From: a virus
Taxonomy: Duplodnaviria; Caudoviricetes
Direction: 5' to 3' (one strand)
DNA length: 64,000 nucleotides
IMG/VR virus record: IMGVR_UViG_3300025163_000238
Coordinates: 67,002-131,001 of that record
This document shows positions 1-10,000 of the stretch, one piece after another (position 1 is the first letter of the stretch; every line of letters begins with the position of its first letter). The notes under the pieces are model-generated. The model saw nothing but the letters and a program-made list of their open reading frames with translations, had not been told where the DNA came from and searched no databases. The position numbers and the translations under genes were made by a program.

Positions 1-219
1 CTGTATGAACTGCAGTCTCATCATCCGCTTCGTCCTTCCTCTGAACCGGATCTTCTGAACAGGACCTAGTGGCCACCTCGACTTGGAAGCCTTCGTTTCT
101 AAGGCCTCCTCAATCAGGTCAGCAAGGTCAGGTTCCATTGTAGGTGTAGGTTCCGGCTCGACGATTACTTTGAATTCTCTGCCGTCTTTCTTTCGAATTA
201 AGTATTCCTGGCGCTCCAT
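1..219 (-). CDS. Hypothetical protein, truncated at the window edge (MERQEYLIRKKDGREFKV...)
   Basis: Not in the ORF track; own translation. ATG at 219, AGGAGGTG SD at 228-235, frame open to position 1. Confidence 0.75.
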   Translation of the reverse strand, partial: MERQEYLIRKKDGREFKVIVEPEPTPTMEPDLADLIEEALETKASKSRWPLGPVQKIRFRGRTKRMMRLQFIQ

Positions 220-227
220 CCTTCTTT

Positions 228-274
228 CACCTCCTTTCTGGCCCTAGATTAGACCTCAATAGTCCTGGGCCAGT
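228..274 (-). repeat. Conserved hairpin+SD leader, copy 1
   Basis: cacctcctttctggccctagatt...cctgggccagt; arms CTGGCCC (238-244) and GGGCCAG (267-273) abut the SD. Confidence 0.85.
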
Positions 275-275
275 T

Positions 276-449
276 TCAGTCCTCTTTAGACTTTAACCAA
301 TCCAGTCTCAGTTCATAGACTGTAGTATCATTCTCCACTAGACAAGAACCTCCGTGAATGAACACGATTTCTCCTTCCACCCCATTATAGTGGTCATCAG
401 GGTGGCCTACAACAATAACCCTATCACCTACTTTAAAGCCTTCATTCAT
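276..449 (-). CDS. Small KOW/SH3-fold-like protein, 57 aa
   Basis: Own translation MNEGFKVGDRVIVVGHPDDHYNGVEGEIVFI...; KOW-like F-K-V-G-D-R-V...G..G.I pattern; GGAGG SD; overlaps the upstream stop. Confidence 0.7.
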   Translation of the reverse strand: MNEGFKVGDRVIVVGHPDDHYNGVEGEIVFIHGGSCLVENDTTVYELRLDWLKSKED

Positions 450-735
450 CTTCCTCCATCTCCTCCTCTTCTTCTATACCAGTCTCGATCCCGAACATTG
501 ACACAACCCAATCACGTGCTTCCAAGGACGCGCAGTCGAGATCACTAAGGCTCTTGACGCAAACTTTTGATGACTCAGTGGTTCTCTGATAGATCAGGTT
601 GTCGATTACGAAACCCTTCTTACCGAAGAAGAGCCGCGCGCTGATTCGCTCCCCTCGTGTGGTCTCGACACCTATATCTACGGCGTGAGTACCCTCGAAG
701 GGGCCATCACCCGCTTCTATGAACCTTAACATCAT
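442..735 (-). CDS. Hypothetical protein with acidic C-terminal tail
   Basis: 97-aa ORF with SD at 743-750. Confidence 0.75.
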   Translation of the reverse strand: MMLRFIEAGDGPFEGTHAVDIGVETTRGERISARLFFGKKGFVIDNLIYQRTTESSKVCVKSLSDLDCASLEARDWVVSMFGIETGIEEEEEMEEDE

Positions 736-742
736 CTTCCTC

Positions 743-788
743 CACCTCCTTTCTGGCCCTAGATTGGCCTGGATGGGCCTGGGCCAGT
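743..788 (-). repeat. Conserved hairpin+SD leader, copy 2
   Basis: First 23 nt identical to copy 1; arms at 753-759 and 781-787. Confidence 0.85.
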
Positions 789-835
789 CGCAATCCCCTT
801 TAACGGGTCATTCTTTGTTGGGCCCCTTTACCTTT

Positions 836-858
836 CCCCACCGGGGCCCGGGGTGGGG
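836..858. other. GC-rich stem-loop directly after the stop of 859..1158
   Basis: CCCCACC (836-842) pairs with GGTGGGG (852-858); no U-tract in the minus direction. Confidence 0.6.
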
Positions 859-1158
859 TTATTTGGCTCTAGTGTCTATCCAGATCTTGTTGACCTTGTC
901 GTACTGGAAGCCGTGGGAGTTCTTGTAGGCGTTTAACTGGCAGGCAAACTCATGAGAGTTGCCTACCTTCCCCACTAGGTCAGGGTGGACCGCTGCGAAG
1001 ATCATCTTAAACCCCACGGGGCGGAGTTGTCGGATGACCTCTCTGCCGTGCTCGCGCTCGATCTTAGCCAACAAGGCCCGCATGGCCGAAATGTGGCCTC
1101 CGCCTTGGCCTTGTTGCTGGTCGAGGGCCTGACTGATGAGTTCTTTCAGGTTTGACAT
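859..1158 (-). CDS. Hypothetical protein (MSNLKELIS...)
   Basis: Track ORF 859..1167; the SD at 1165-1172 places the start at ATG 1158. Confidence 0.75.
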   Translation of the reverse strand: MSNLKELISQALDQQQGQGGGHISAMRALLAKIEREHGREVIRQLRPVGFKMIFAAVHPDLVGKVGNSHEFACQLNAYKNSHGFQYDKVNKIWIDTRAK

Positions 1159-1164
1159 CTTCTT

Positions 1165-1216
1165 CACCTCCTTCCTGCCCTGATTGGCCTAGACTGAGAT
1201 CCAGGCCTGGGCTAGT
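1165..1216 (-). repeat. Conserved hairpin+SD leader, copy 3 (diverged)
   Basis: cacctccttcctgccctgattggcct...aggcctgggctagt. Confidence 0.7.
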
Positions 1217-1238
1217 CTGTCTCTTATCTGACTTCTTA

Positions 1239-1470
1239 CTTTTATATTTATTTTTATTTAATTTAATTTAATTTAATTTTAATATATTTTCGCTTAGTAC
1301 GCGTTAACCGAGCTGTTGGAAAAAGTCACGCTAAGGAACCAATACGCGTTAACCGATACGCGCTAAGAGAGCTGTTAGTCACGTTCGTGCATGAGCCTGT
1401 TACGCTCCATCAGCTAAGTCACGCCCAATAGTACGCTTATAAATAACAAATTGGTACGCTTAGAAACTAC
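1239..1470. other. AT-only tract followed by short direct repeats (candidate origin, genome end or control region)
   Basis: About 50 nt A/T-only tract with TTTAA repeats; TACGCGTTAACCGA at 1298 and 1343; AGTCACG three times; GTACGCTTA twice; lies between divergent gene blocks. Confidence 0.6.
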
Positions 1471-1628
1471 CAGTCACACAATTCCGTAACCAGGCAAAAA
1501 GCACGTTCACAATAAAATCAAGGGTTTGAGGTCGAATGGCGTCTATAAGGTTGGCCAACTTTTGAGTAGAAGCGGTTAAGCACGTAAAAATTCTATAAGG
1601 AGTAAGACTTGACATTGGGTATGAGTAA

Positions 1629-2651
1629 ATGGAAAAGTGTGGTATGGTTGTAAAGGTAAAGAACGAAGATAGGTTCTTTGATTCTCTAGCTAAATACCTG
1701 TTCTTCAAGGAGTTAAAAAGGGCATATGAGATCAAGGTTGATGAAAAAGGACGTCCTATTACATTTATTACTAAAAGAGTCAAAGGTAGGCTTAGACACA
1801 TTCCAATCCCGTTAGAAAGGTTAAGAGAGGAAAAGCTAAGTGATGCTGGTAAAAGATTGATTGAGATGAATACTATGAGATTGGTAGGACAAAGTGCTAA
1901 GATAAACGAGGGTGGGAAAAGCTTTCTCAGGATTGGAATGAAAGATTTAATAGGTGCGTTGAGTTATGAAGGAAAGATAGGGGCTAGGTTGAGTGAGGTC
2001 TGTAAAGCACCGGAAGCGATGGCGTGTGCTGCTAATATGATAGGACTGGATTCGTATGATGTGCGTAAGGTGGAATTAAAGAAGGGAGGTAATATAGATT
2101 TAGATGCCAAGATATGGAAAGGTGACGTTTCATTAGGTTTTGTAGGAAGTATTGAGAAGGAAAAAGATAAGTTGGTGATGTATCCTAGGAGGTTGGAGAA
2201 GGTTAGGGGTGGTGATGTGGATTGGGCTAAAAGAGTAGCACGGGTGTTTAAGAGGAGTGGAGTAGATGAGGTTAAGGTAGCTGCTAGGGGAAAGGCGGAT
2301 CATGTGTTATTTAGCATGCTGGGGGCGGAGTTTGAGAATCCAAGAGAGGCGAAGTTATTCACTGCGCTGGCTGTTAGTAAGTTAAAGGGAATGAAATTAG
2401 CCCGTGAGTGGCAAGTAAAGAAAATCATGATAACGCTATCGAAAGAACAAACGCAAAGTTTACCCAGGATTTTGGAAATATTTAGAGATACAATGTTCCC
2501 TAGAAGGCCGGGGTTCCCCACTACTGGAGAGGCGCCAGGTACTTATAAAGACTTCAAAAGGCTATTAGAGTTAATATTCGGCAAGGGAGTCAGTAAGTAC
2601 AGAATCCCTATGAAGGGAAATAGGCTATTAGACCTTTTAGTGAGGAGTTAA
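1629..2651 (+). CDS. Hypothetical protein, divergent GNAT-like fold, with degenerate tag motif
   Basis: SGVDEVKVAARGKADHVLFSMLGAEF resembles a GNAT C-terminal motif; N-terminal FITKRVKGRLRHIPI. Confidence 0.5.
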   Translation: MEKCGMVVKVKNEDRFFDSLAKYLFFKELKRAYEIKVDEKGRPITFITKRVKGRLRHIPIPLERLREEKLSDAGKRLIEMNTMRLVGQSAKINEGGKSFLRIGMKDLIGALSYEGKIGARLSEVCKAPEAMACAANMIGLDSYDVRKVELKKGGNIDLDAKIWKGDVSLGFVGSIEKEKDKLVMYPRRLEKVRGGDVDWAKRVARVFKRSGVDEVKVAARGKADHVLFSMLGAEFENPREAKLFTALAVSKLKGMKLAREWQVKKIMITLSKEQTQSLPRILEIFRDTMFPRRPGFPTTGEAPGTYKDFKRLLELIFGKGVSKYRIPMKGNRLLDLLVRS

Positions 2652-2652
2652 G

Positions 2653-3618
2653 GTGTTAGAATTCATCCCGCTTAGAAACAAACAAGGTAAACTATTCTGG
2701 GTGCATGTGTCGGAATTCCAACCATGGAGAATCAAAGATCCCAAGACATTACGCCACATTTTGGATTTGTATTTCAGTTCCATCGCAGTGGATAAGCTAG
2801 GAAGGTCTATGCTTACCAGTGATGGTTATGCTTTTTTAAAAGAAACCCTGCCTAGTTATCTTTGGAACGAAATAAAGCGTAAGAGGTACAAAAACACTAT
2901 TGAGATCTTTAGAGAAGCATCTCACTATCCAAAGGCTATAAATCAGGTCGCTAATGCAATGGGCGATGTTTCCTACTTATCTGACTTCGCGATTAGGAAG
3001 GACTACATATTTGCCGAAGGTGGGATGCGTAGGTTATATAAAGCAGGGATTAGAATCCCATTTGAACCTTTATCCCCAAAGTGGATGGTGAGTTCACAGG
3101 TCTCAAGAGTGCCAGTAGTCTTTGGACCTAGGATAGTTAGCAAAGATATATCAGGACAGCATCTACAAAAGATATATCACAATTTACTGGTTGAGAGTGG
3201 GCAGAAGGCTTTTATTGTCAGACCAGGTCCGAGTAGTTTTATCACATACGCAAAACTGGGTGCGAATTATCCAACTAAGAGCGGTAGGAAGTCGCTTGTA
3301 AAAGAGATGCAGAGATTAATCCCCTACATACGTAAGTCTGGGCAAGAAAGGGAAACTGATATGCTCATGCGTGTTTTAGAAAGATGGAGTGAAGGGGTGG
3401 ATAATCTACAAAAGCTATATAGGGACACTTTGGAGTTGGTCAAAAAGAAGGAAATACCAGTTAGTTTGTTCCAGAGGTTTTGGTACCGAATGAGCGCCTT
3501 TGACCGTGAACTAAAGTTAGAGATAACCCCCGCTGTAAAACGTATGTTAAAAGAGGGTACTGTTTCATTCAGTGTAAAACGTTGGTTACGCGCGCCATCT
3601 AGTACGCGGTTTCAATAG
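2653..3618 (+). CDS. Hypothetical protein, divergent GNAT-like fold
   Basis: SGQKAFIVRPGPSSFITYAKLGANY matches the same pattern as 1629 and 12075. Confidence 0.45.
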   Translation: MLEFIPLRNKQGKLFWVHVSEFQPWRIKDPKTLRHILDLYFSSIAVDKLGRSMLTSDGYAFLKETLPSYLWNEIKRKRYKNTIEIFREASHYPKAINQVANAMGDVSYLSDFAIRKDYIFAEGGMRRLYKAGIRIPFEPLSPKWMVSSQVSRVPVVFGPRIVSKDISGQHLQKIYHNLLVESGQKAFIVRPGPSSFITYAKLGANYPTKSGRKSLVKEMQRLIPYIRKSGQERETDMLMRVLERWSEGVDNLQKLYRDTLELVKKKEIPVSLFQRFWYRMSAFDRELKLEITPAVKRMLKEGTVSFSVKRWLRAPSSTRFQ

Positions 3619-4722
3619 CTTTCTAGGAATCCTCTTACGATATTTTATACAAATTTCAATAGTGTTCTTGATTTCTTCTTCAAGAGTAATTGAAGGCTTG
3701 TAACCAAGGCTGTCTAAGATTCCTTTCTCTACTTTGTATAAGTCGATGTCTTCTCTTTCAACTCTTGGATTGGGATAGTACTTCATCTTTGTGAAAATAC
3801 CGAATTCCTCCATTGAGATTCTTTTAACAGTTCTAGCCAAGTCTTCCAGCCTATAGACTTCCATTAACTGATTAACTAGCCTATACTCTCCACGTTTGGG
3901 TGGGTTCTCTAATAACAAACGAAGGCACTGAATGGAGTCTCTTAAGGGCAGGAAGCCTCTCTTTTGATTCCCCGAACCATAGACGGTTAATGAGACATCT
4001 TTAGTCGCAGCTTCGGCGCAGAGTCGATTGAGGTAAGTTCCGTGCAGTTCGTCTGCACTAAAACGGGTGAACAAAAGTTCGTCTTTACCATTTATTTCCT
4101 CAGTTAATATGCCAAAGACAACACCTTGCATCACGTCAGTCACTGTTAATCCCCAGCAGTTGCACGCTAACTCCAGATAAAGAGAGCCTAAGATTTTTGT
4201 ATCGTGGTAGAAAGAGATTCCTCTACGGGGGTATGGTAGGACTTCCTTAAACGGTCCGTAGCTGATTTCCAATCCTTTTTCTGAAATAGGGATGTTAGAC
4301 GCCGCGTACTCTCCCAAAGTTCCGATTACTATTACATGTACATCCATTTTTAATTCCCGTAGAGCCCAAACAAGGTTTAAAGGTCCAATAGTGTTGGTGA
4401 ACGTGGTTTCAAAGCAGCTATCACGGTCCTTCATTGAGTATGGTGCACTAGGTTGATGTGCTAAGTATACAATAGCGTCTGGATCGACTCTACGGAGTAC
4501 GTCTAAGAAGTGAGGCCAATCAGTTACGTCACAAACTTCGAAGCCAATTGATAAGGCGTGAACCCTGTCTTCTACTGACGCAATTGGGGTTATAGACGTC
4601 GCAACCTTCCTTTTGAAGAGGTTGTCAATACCATAGACCTCGAACCCGTGTGCTACTAAATTTTGCGCTAATGCAAATCCTATAAAACCATCTATACCTG
4701 CGATTAGAACCTTACCACGCAT
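3586..4722 (-). CDS. sqdB: UDP-sulfoquinovose synthase-like NAD-dependent epimerase (SQD1/SqdB/Agl3 family)
   Basis: GIDGFIG Rossmann motif, QPSAPYSM, GTLGEY, SFYHDTK (YxxxK), WGLTVTDVMQGVVFG, LTVYGSGNQKRGFL, NPRVE: family-diagnostic motifs. Confidence 0.88.
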   Translation of the reverse strand: MRGKVLIAGIDGFIGFALAQNLVAHGFEVYGIDNLFKRKVATSITPIASVEDRVHALSIGFEVCDVTDWPHFLDVLRRVDPDAIVYLAHQPSAPYSMKDRDSCFETTFTNTIGPLNLVWALRELKMDVHVIVIGTLGEYAASNIPISEKGLEISYGPFKEVLPYPRRGISFYHDTKILGSLYLELACNCWGLTVTDVMQGVVFGILTEEINGKDELLFTRFSADELHGTYLNRLCAEAATKDVSLTVYGSGNQKRGFLPLRDSIQCLRLLLENPPKRGEYRLVNQLMEVYRLEDLARTVKRISMEEFGIFTKMKYYPNPRVEREDIDLYKVEKGILDSLGYKPSITLEEEIKNTIEICIKYRKRIPRKLLKPRTRWRA

Positions 4723-4796
4723 TTTCCTATACCTCCTAGCGGGATCCCGCGCATATTGCTAAAATATGGCGCAATAACCATATGATATGAAGCATG

Positions 4797-6200
4797 TTAT
4801 AGCTCAATCACGGCGTATCCACCCCTCCCCATGCCCTCAAAGTAGAGTCGAATCGCTTCCCTTGTGAACCACCAGGCCATTACGCAGTCATCATAGGTGC
4901 TATAGGGATAACTTAGCACTTCACGTTTCCATGCGCAAAAAGAACACTCACAACCAGGGTCATGGCTCCAATAGGGGATGTGCCACATATTATTATCTAA
5001 TTCAACTCTTAAAGACGGGATGCCAACATTGACGTAGTGCTTTTGCGTACCTGTGTAATAAGACTTTATGGGGAGCTTCCTTAGTTCACCCACCCAATCA
5101 AATAGCATTTGCTGGGTAGCGTTGGATTCAACTAGGATCACTTCTGGTTTATACTTCTCGTACTCCCTGATCAGTAATCTCGCGACTTCAGGTGCGGCTG
5201 CTTTGACTCTTATTATGTTAATCGGCCACCGCATACGTGTTTCTGCGTGGACACCCGTCGTGAATAAAACTGAGTAGTCCTTACCATGACCACCAGAGAT
5301 GTCAACTCCCATGTATTTTCTGACATATGGTTCCGTAAGGCTTGTATACTCGGGTGGGTTGGAACCGGGAGTGAGAGGCCAATCATGTCTCTGTTTGAAG
5401 CACTCTCTAGAGAATAACACAGTCTCCACCCGAATGGGCTGCATCCGGAAACCTTTTTCAAACGCCAGTGGATCATCCTTCCACTTGTCGTACAGCTTCT
5501 CCCGTGGCCATACTTGAGGCCATAAAGGATCAAAGTTCTCATTTATCTTCCATATCTTACGACACCAACCTTTCTTTCTTAGAAGGTCAGCGTATACATC
5601 TTCCTCTGCCCATGTAGTGCCGATGACCACAACTTGGTGACCTTGTGGTTCTAGTGTGTTCATCCAAACGTCAAAGAACGCTTCTTTTACCTTTCTTATC
5701 ATACCTTTTGTAGCTGCTGTCCTGTTGTCACATATGTCATCGCAAATAAGGAGGTCACTTCTTCCTCCAGTACCAGTCGCAATTATCCCTTTACCTTCTA
5801 CTGTTGCATCTCTGAGCGCCAAGCTTCTCTCCACAAAGATTCTTTCTTTAGTCCAGTACCTAGCTTTAGATGGTCTTACATGAGGGAAAATAGCACGGTA
5901 CTTTGGTGAAAAAAGCAGTGTTTGAGTGATTGCTGATAAAAGTTCCTTCGCCTTTTCGTTTGAGTTCGCAACTATCTTGATCCTGATATTAGTGTTGAGT
6001 CCGATCCTCCAGCATGGGTAGGCTATGGAGACAACCGAACTTTTCCCGTGTGCTCTTGGGGAAAGGATGAGAATTTTCCGTTTAGTTTCCAAGAGTGTAC
6101 ACCATTGTTTATGGAGGTCCGCTAGGGGGAAGTCGAAGACGAAGGTTAGGAATGATGCGAAACTTTCGCGGCACAATCTCCGGAGTGTTTTGATGTTCAC
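4797..6200 (-). CDS. terL: Terminase large subunit
   Basis: Walker A PRAHGKS, Walker B LLICDD, motif III VIGT, RNase H-like nuclease GVDISGG...DYS...DDCVMA. Confidence 0.95.
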   Translation of the reverse strand: MNIKTLRRLCRESFASFLTFVFDFPLADLHKQWCTLLETKRKILILSPRAHGKSSVVSIAYPCWRIGLNTNIRIKIVANSNEKAKELLSAITQTLLFSPKYRAIFPHVRPSKARYWTKERIFVERSLALRDATVEGKGIIATGTGGRSDLLICDDICDNRTAATKGMIRKVKEAFFDVWMNTLEPQGHQVVVIGTTWAEEDVYADLLRKKGWCRKIWKINENFDPLWPQVWPREKLYDKWKDDPLAFEKGFRMQPIRVETVLFSRECFKQRHDWPLTPGSNPPEYTSLTEPYVRKYMGVDISGGHGKDYSVLFTTGVHAETRMRWPINIIRVKAAAPEVARLLIREYEKYKPEVILVESNATQQMLFDWVGELRKLPIKSYYTGTQKHYVNVGIPSLRVELDNNMWHIPYWSHDPGCECSFCAWKREVLSYPYSTYDDCVMAWWFTREAIRLYFEGMGRGGYAVIEL

Positions 6201-6466
6201 TTTTCAAAATCCTTCAACTTCTCCTCAAATAGTTCGATCACATCGTCGGGGTCGCCTTCGCCTTTATACTTGAGTAGAAGCTCCAGTCCTTTGACTACTT
6301 CCATCCACGTTTGTGGTTTCAAATTAGGGTTATTTAAGAGCGCTTCTTTTATTCTAGTAGCGACCACATCGACGGTGCTGCCAGTACTACTTTCTTCATC
6401 GTTTGTCGACTTCTTATGTGGTGCTGACGCCAAACCTAATTCTAAGACTTTCTTTTTTCTGCCCAT
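6197..6466 (-). CDS. Putative terminase small subunit
   Basis: Small helical ORF overlapping the terL start (GTGA); call rests on position only. Confidence 0.45.
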   Translation of the reverse strand: MGRKKKVLELGLASAPHKKSTNDEESSTGSTVDVVATRIKEALLNNPNLKPQTWMEVVKGLELLLKYKGEGDPDDVIELFEEKLKDFEK

Positions 6467-7023
6467 TTAAAGTACCTCATTGGTAAAAATGCATATGGTG
6501 TTGCTAAAGAAATTTCACCTAAACTTACAGGTTCTGACTTCTTTGCGCGCTCGGTTCTTGTTACACACCTAAGATTCCCAGCACTGGTCTCCGACACTTC
6601 AACTTCATTCGTCTCTATTGAGCCCTTAGGACGAACGCGTGATTTTATTTCACCTCCGGCATAGCACCATACATCTACAACCTTGTTATCTTTTGTAACA
6701 AGACCAACTAGGTTGTTTGAGGTAAGTTTAGCTTCTTGAGGTGGGAACTTTATAGCACCTTCTTCCATGTCCTCTTCCGCTACACACACGTAGTCAGGTG
6801 AAAGGGCTTCTGTCAGTTCAGCTAACGTTGCATTTGCTGGCTGAATGTAATCAGGTTCAGTGAACAACTTTCCACGGTATATAGTAGGTTTGGACCGGAG
6901 GATGCCCTTGCTTATTCGCCTCTTAACCGTGTCGTCAGGCGTCGACACGAATAAGCTGCCAAAGGTAATAGTCCATATTCCAACTACTCGGTTGGATTTT
7001 ACTTCAATAATGAAACCTCTCAT
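6442..7023 (-). CDS. Hypothetical protein with a two-fold internal repeat
   Basis: GFIIEVKSNRVVGIW versus GLVTKDNKVVDVW; coupled to the portal stop. Confidence 0.7.
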   Translation of the reverse strand: MRGFIIEVKSNRVVGIWTITFGSLFVSTPDDTVKRRISKGILRSKPTIYRGKLFTEPDYIQPANATLAELTEALSPDYVCVAEEDMEEGAIKFPPQEAKLTSNNLVGLVTKDNKVVDVWCYAGGEIKSRVRPKGSIETNEVEVSETSAGNLRCVTRTERAKKSEPVSLGEISLATPYAFLPMRYFKWAEKRKS

Positions 7024-10000
7024 TATTCACCCTCCTTCTTTAGGAGTTTGAGGAGGTATTGTTCTTCAGGACGGCGTTTTGGCGCCACCCAGACAATCCC
7101 CACCTCCTTCTTAAACCATTCAAACGCGGCTTCCCTCCATTTACCACCTAACACAATGCCTCTTAAGTGGCGCCACACGTTAAATTTTGCGTCTTCGCTC
7201 CACCCGTGCTTATTTAGGTAAGCAAAGATTTTGTTCGCAACCGGCACCTGCTGTTCTTCCGATGTCAGTTTTGTCACAAACTTGGCGACTAACTTACGAA
7301 AGTCTTTACCCTTTGCTGCTTCTTGGAATTTGATAAACCACTTTTCACGCTTAGCAGCTTCGATGACTTTCTTTTTCTTCTCCCATGGCCTTTTCAAAGT
7401 CCATTTGACTTTCATTTCTTCTTCGAACCATTTATACGCATCTTGTCTCGGTTTACCACCAGACTGAATGTTTTTCAGCCGCCGCCATACGTCGTACATT
7501 GCATCCTTACTCCAGCCTTGTCTGTCCAAGTAGGCGAAGATTTTGTTCACTATGGGCTCACACTGTTCCTCAGGCGCAAGTCTCGCTACGAACTCAACGA
7601 CTACGTTGTGAAAGTCCTTACCTTTAGTGTCCGCTAAGAACTCGAATAACCTCTTATATTTTTCTCTTTCGCGTTTTAGAATTGCAGCAGTAACGGGCCT
7701 CTTCCGTGCTTCCTCTAATGCTTTTAGCCTCGAAAACTCCGTCATTTTATTCAGTTGCTTACTAAATCCTTGCACGTCAATTACTCCCTCTTTCTCTAAC
7801 TCCAGTAATAAGCCCTTGTCACTCCTAGACGCGGCTATAATCCTACGAATCATCATGCCAACTGTATCCCAGTTCTGTGCTTCTGTGGATGCCATAACGG
7901 TCAAAGTGGCTTCTATTGCTTCCCTTATTTGATCAGGGTTGAGCTTCAGCTTTTTCATCGCTTCAACAAACTCTTTCCACATCCCTTCGGTCTTGAGCTT
8001 AGCGAGGGGTTTTACCGCTACTGCCTTCATTAGAGATAAGAAGTAATCGTAAAGTTCGGGTGAACTGTACCGCAAGATTGTGGGCTTGGTTACAAATGTC
8101 GCGAATAATTCAGCGAAGGATTCTGCTGGGTCTGAGATAGCGTACACCCGAAGAGGGATAGATAAGTTTTTCGTAATCTCAGGTAACCTGTCTTGGAGCG
8201 GTTTGATGAGAGTTTCGCGTATATACGACGAACTAGCTAGTAAAGCTGCTTGTAGTTGGCCCTTCTGTTCCTTCTCTACTAAGTACTCAAGAAAACCAAT
8301 TAATTTTGCTACTTCTTTTTCACTCTTTGCATATAAAGTAGCCCTTTCTACAAAGGGATACAGGATCCCATAGAGGTAGACCTGCCCGTAGGTGGACCCC
8401 AGTAATGTGTTGTACATAACATGGCGTTCGAAGATGTGGTGACCTAACTCATGAAGTATTTGGTAGAGGTTGGGAGTAGCCACAATAGACGAGTTGAATG
8501 ATTCCATAAACTTCTCATACCCGCGTCCCAAGATGTACGACGCGTTAAATGTTGAAGTAGTCTTACTAAATCCAATATAGTTGAGTCCTTCCCATATAGC
8601 TGGGACTCTTAAGAAGGGGTAGGTTTCCAATAAGGCTCGGATGTACGGTTCGATCTTTTCGTCGACGTAGGGAATTCTTTTCATAATCGCATCAACACTT
8701 GTTACAGCGGGCCAAGGCCGCCCTAGTCTCTCAAGTGACTTGCCAACCCATTTTTTGTAAGAACTTGGTGTCCAAAGCGTTGATGCTAGGAAGTCTTCAA
8801 ACGCTACTTTACCAGGTATTTCCCTATGAGGCGTGAAGACAACCGCGCGAAACATGTGTTTAAAGAACAACATCGGATCCACATACGCTTCTTTAGGAAA
8901 GTCGAGTGGTAAGGTGAACTTCTCAAAAGGCGCCAAGTTCCCAAACTTCCACGCCTCTTCTAATTTAATGTACGGTTCTTTGCCGAGTTCTATACCAACC
9001 TTTCTGAACACTTTCCACAAGCGAGTTTCCCACACATCCTCACGAGCCTTTTGCATTATAGCTGCAAGCTGGGCTGTGATGGGTGAGTATGGGTCGAGAA
9101 AGTTGTTCCTAAACATTAGGTTCTCAACAACTGCGTCAACAAACGCACTTCTTACTGTTGAATGTGTTGCTTTTGCGGGGATGTACAGCGTGTTTTCCAG
9201 CGGGTTATAATATGGTGTCTCAGCCGCTGTGGTTGTTATTTTGTTAAACAAAGCAAAGTAAGCGGGTTCACGTAACCGAGGTTCTTTTAGTAAAATATCC
9301 CGGATTTTCTTATCGACATGATCAAGCGCGCCTATTGCCAGCAGCTCGGACTTGGGTAAGTGTAGGCCTCTTACTGGGATGACTTTTTGGAGCCAATCTA
9401 CTTCAAACCTGGTCTCCTCTATATCGACAGGAATTAACACGCACCGACATTTACCGTTACATCTTACTCCCCTAGCTTTGTAAGGCTCACCACAGCCCGG
9501 CCACCTACCTATAAACTCAAGTTCAGTTTGCGAGAAGACTTTACCGTGCATCTCCCGACAGTCTTGACACATGTTCTCATCGCCAGTGCCAACCCATTTG
9601 TAATAGATAGTTTTGCCTTTTAGGGTAAAAAATCGAGTTACAGCCTGGAGAGGTAAGTGTGTAAGGTAACCAACGAACGCACCCGCCGCCAGGAAGCTTA
9701 AGAGTAACGTACGTAAGTCGTCTCTTACTTTATCCCAATCTCTCTTTTCTGCGTCTTTCTTGACTTCTTGATATTTTGAAGTCCACTGACGAGTCATATA
9801 GTCGTTAATCTTCTTTAATGAACGTACAGTTTCAGCGTCGACATAATCTTTGTCATAAGAAGGCCAGTACCTATCTACCCAGTAGTACCCTGTCTGGAGA
9901 GCGTCAGGGGTCACATCTTTCAAGGCGTTCTGTATTTGCGTGTAGAACCATTTGTCCAATGGATCGAGTGTAGGGGTAACGTCTGCTCTGACTAGCATGA

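Noticed and set aside
1609-1640. TTGACA as promoter for 1629..2651
   Set aside because: No recognisable -10 at 16-18 nt spacing, so it is not listed as a feature.
1460-1801. 113-aa minus-strand ORF and the other short ORFs overlapping long genes
   Set aside because: They overlap better-supported genes on the other strand or frame and lack SD sites or motifs.
3586-4722. Archaeal host suggested by the Agl3-like gene and the intein
   Set aside because: sigma70-like promoters, holin, lipoprotein and M15 peptidase favour a bacterium; not fully excluded.
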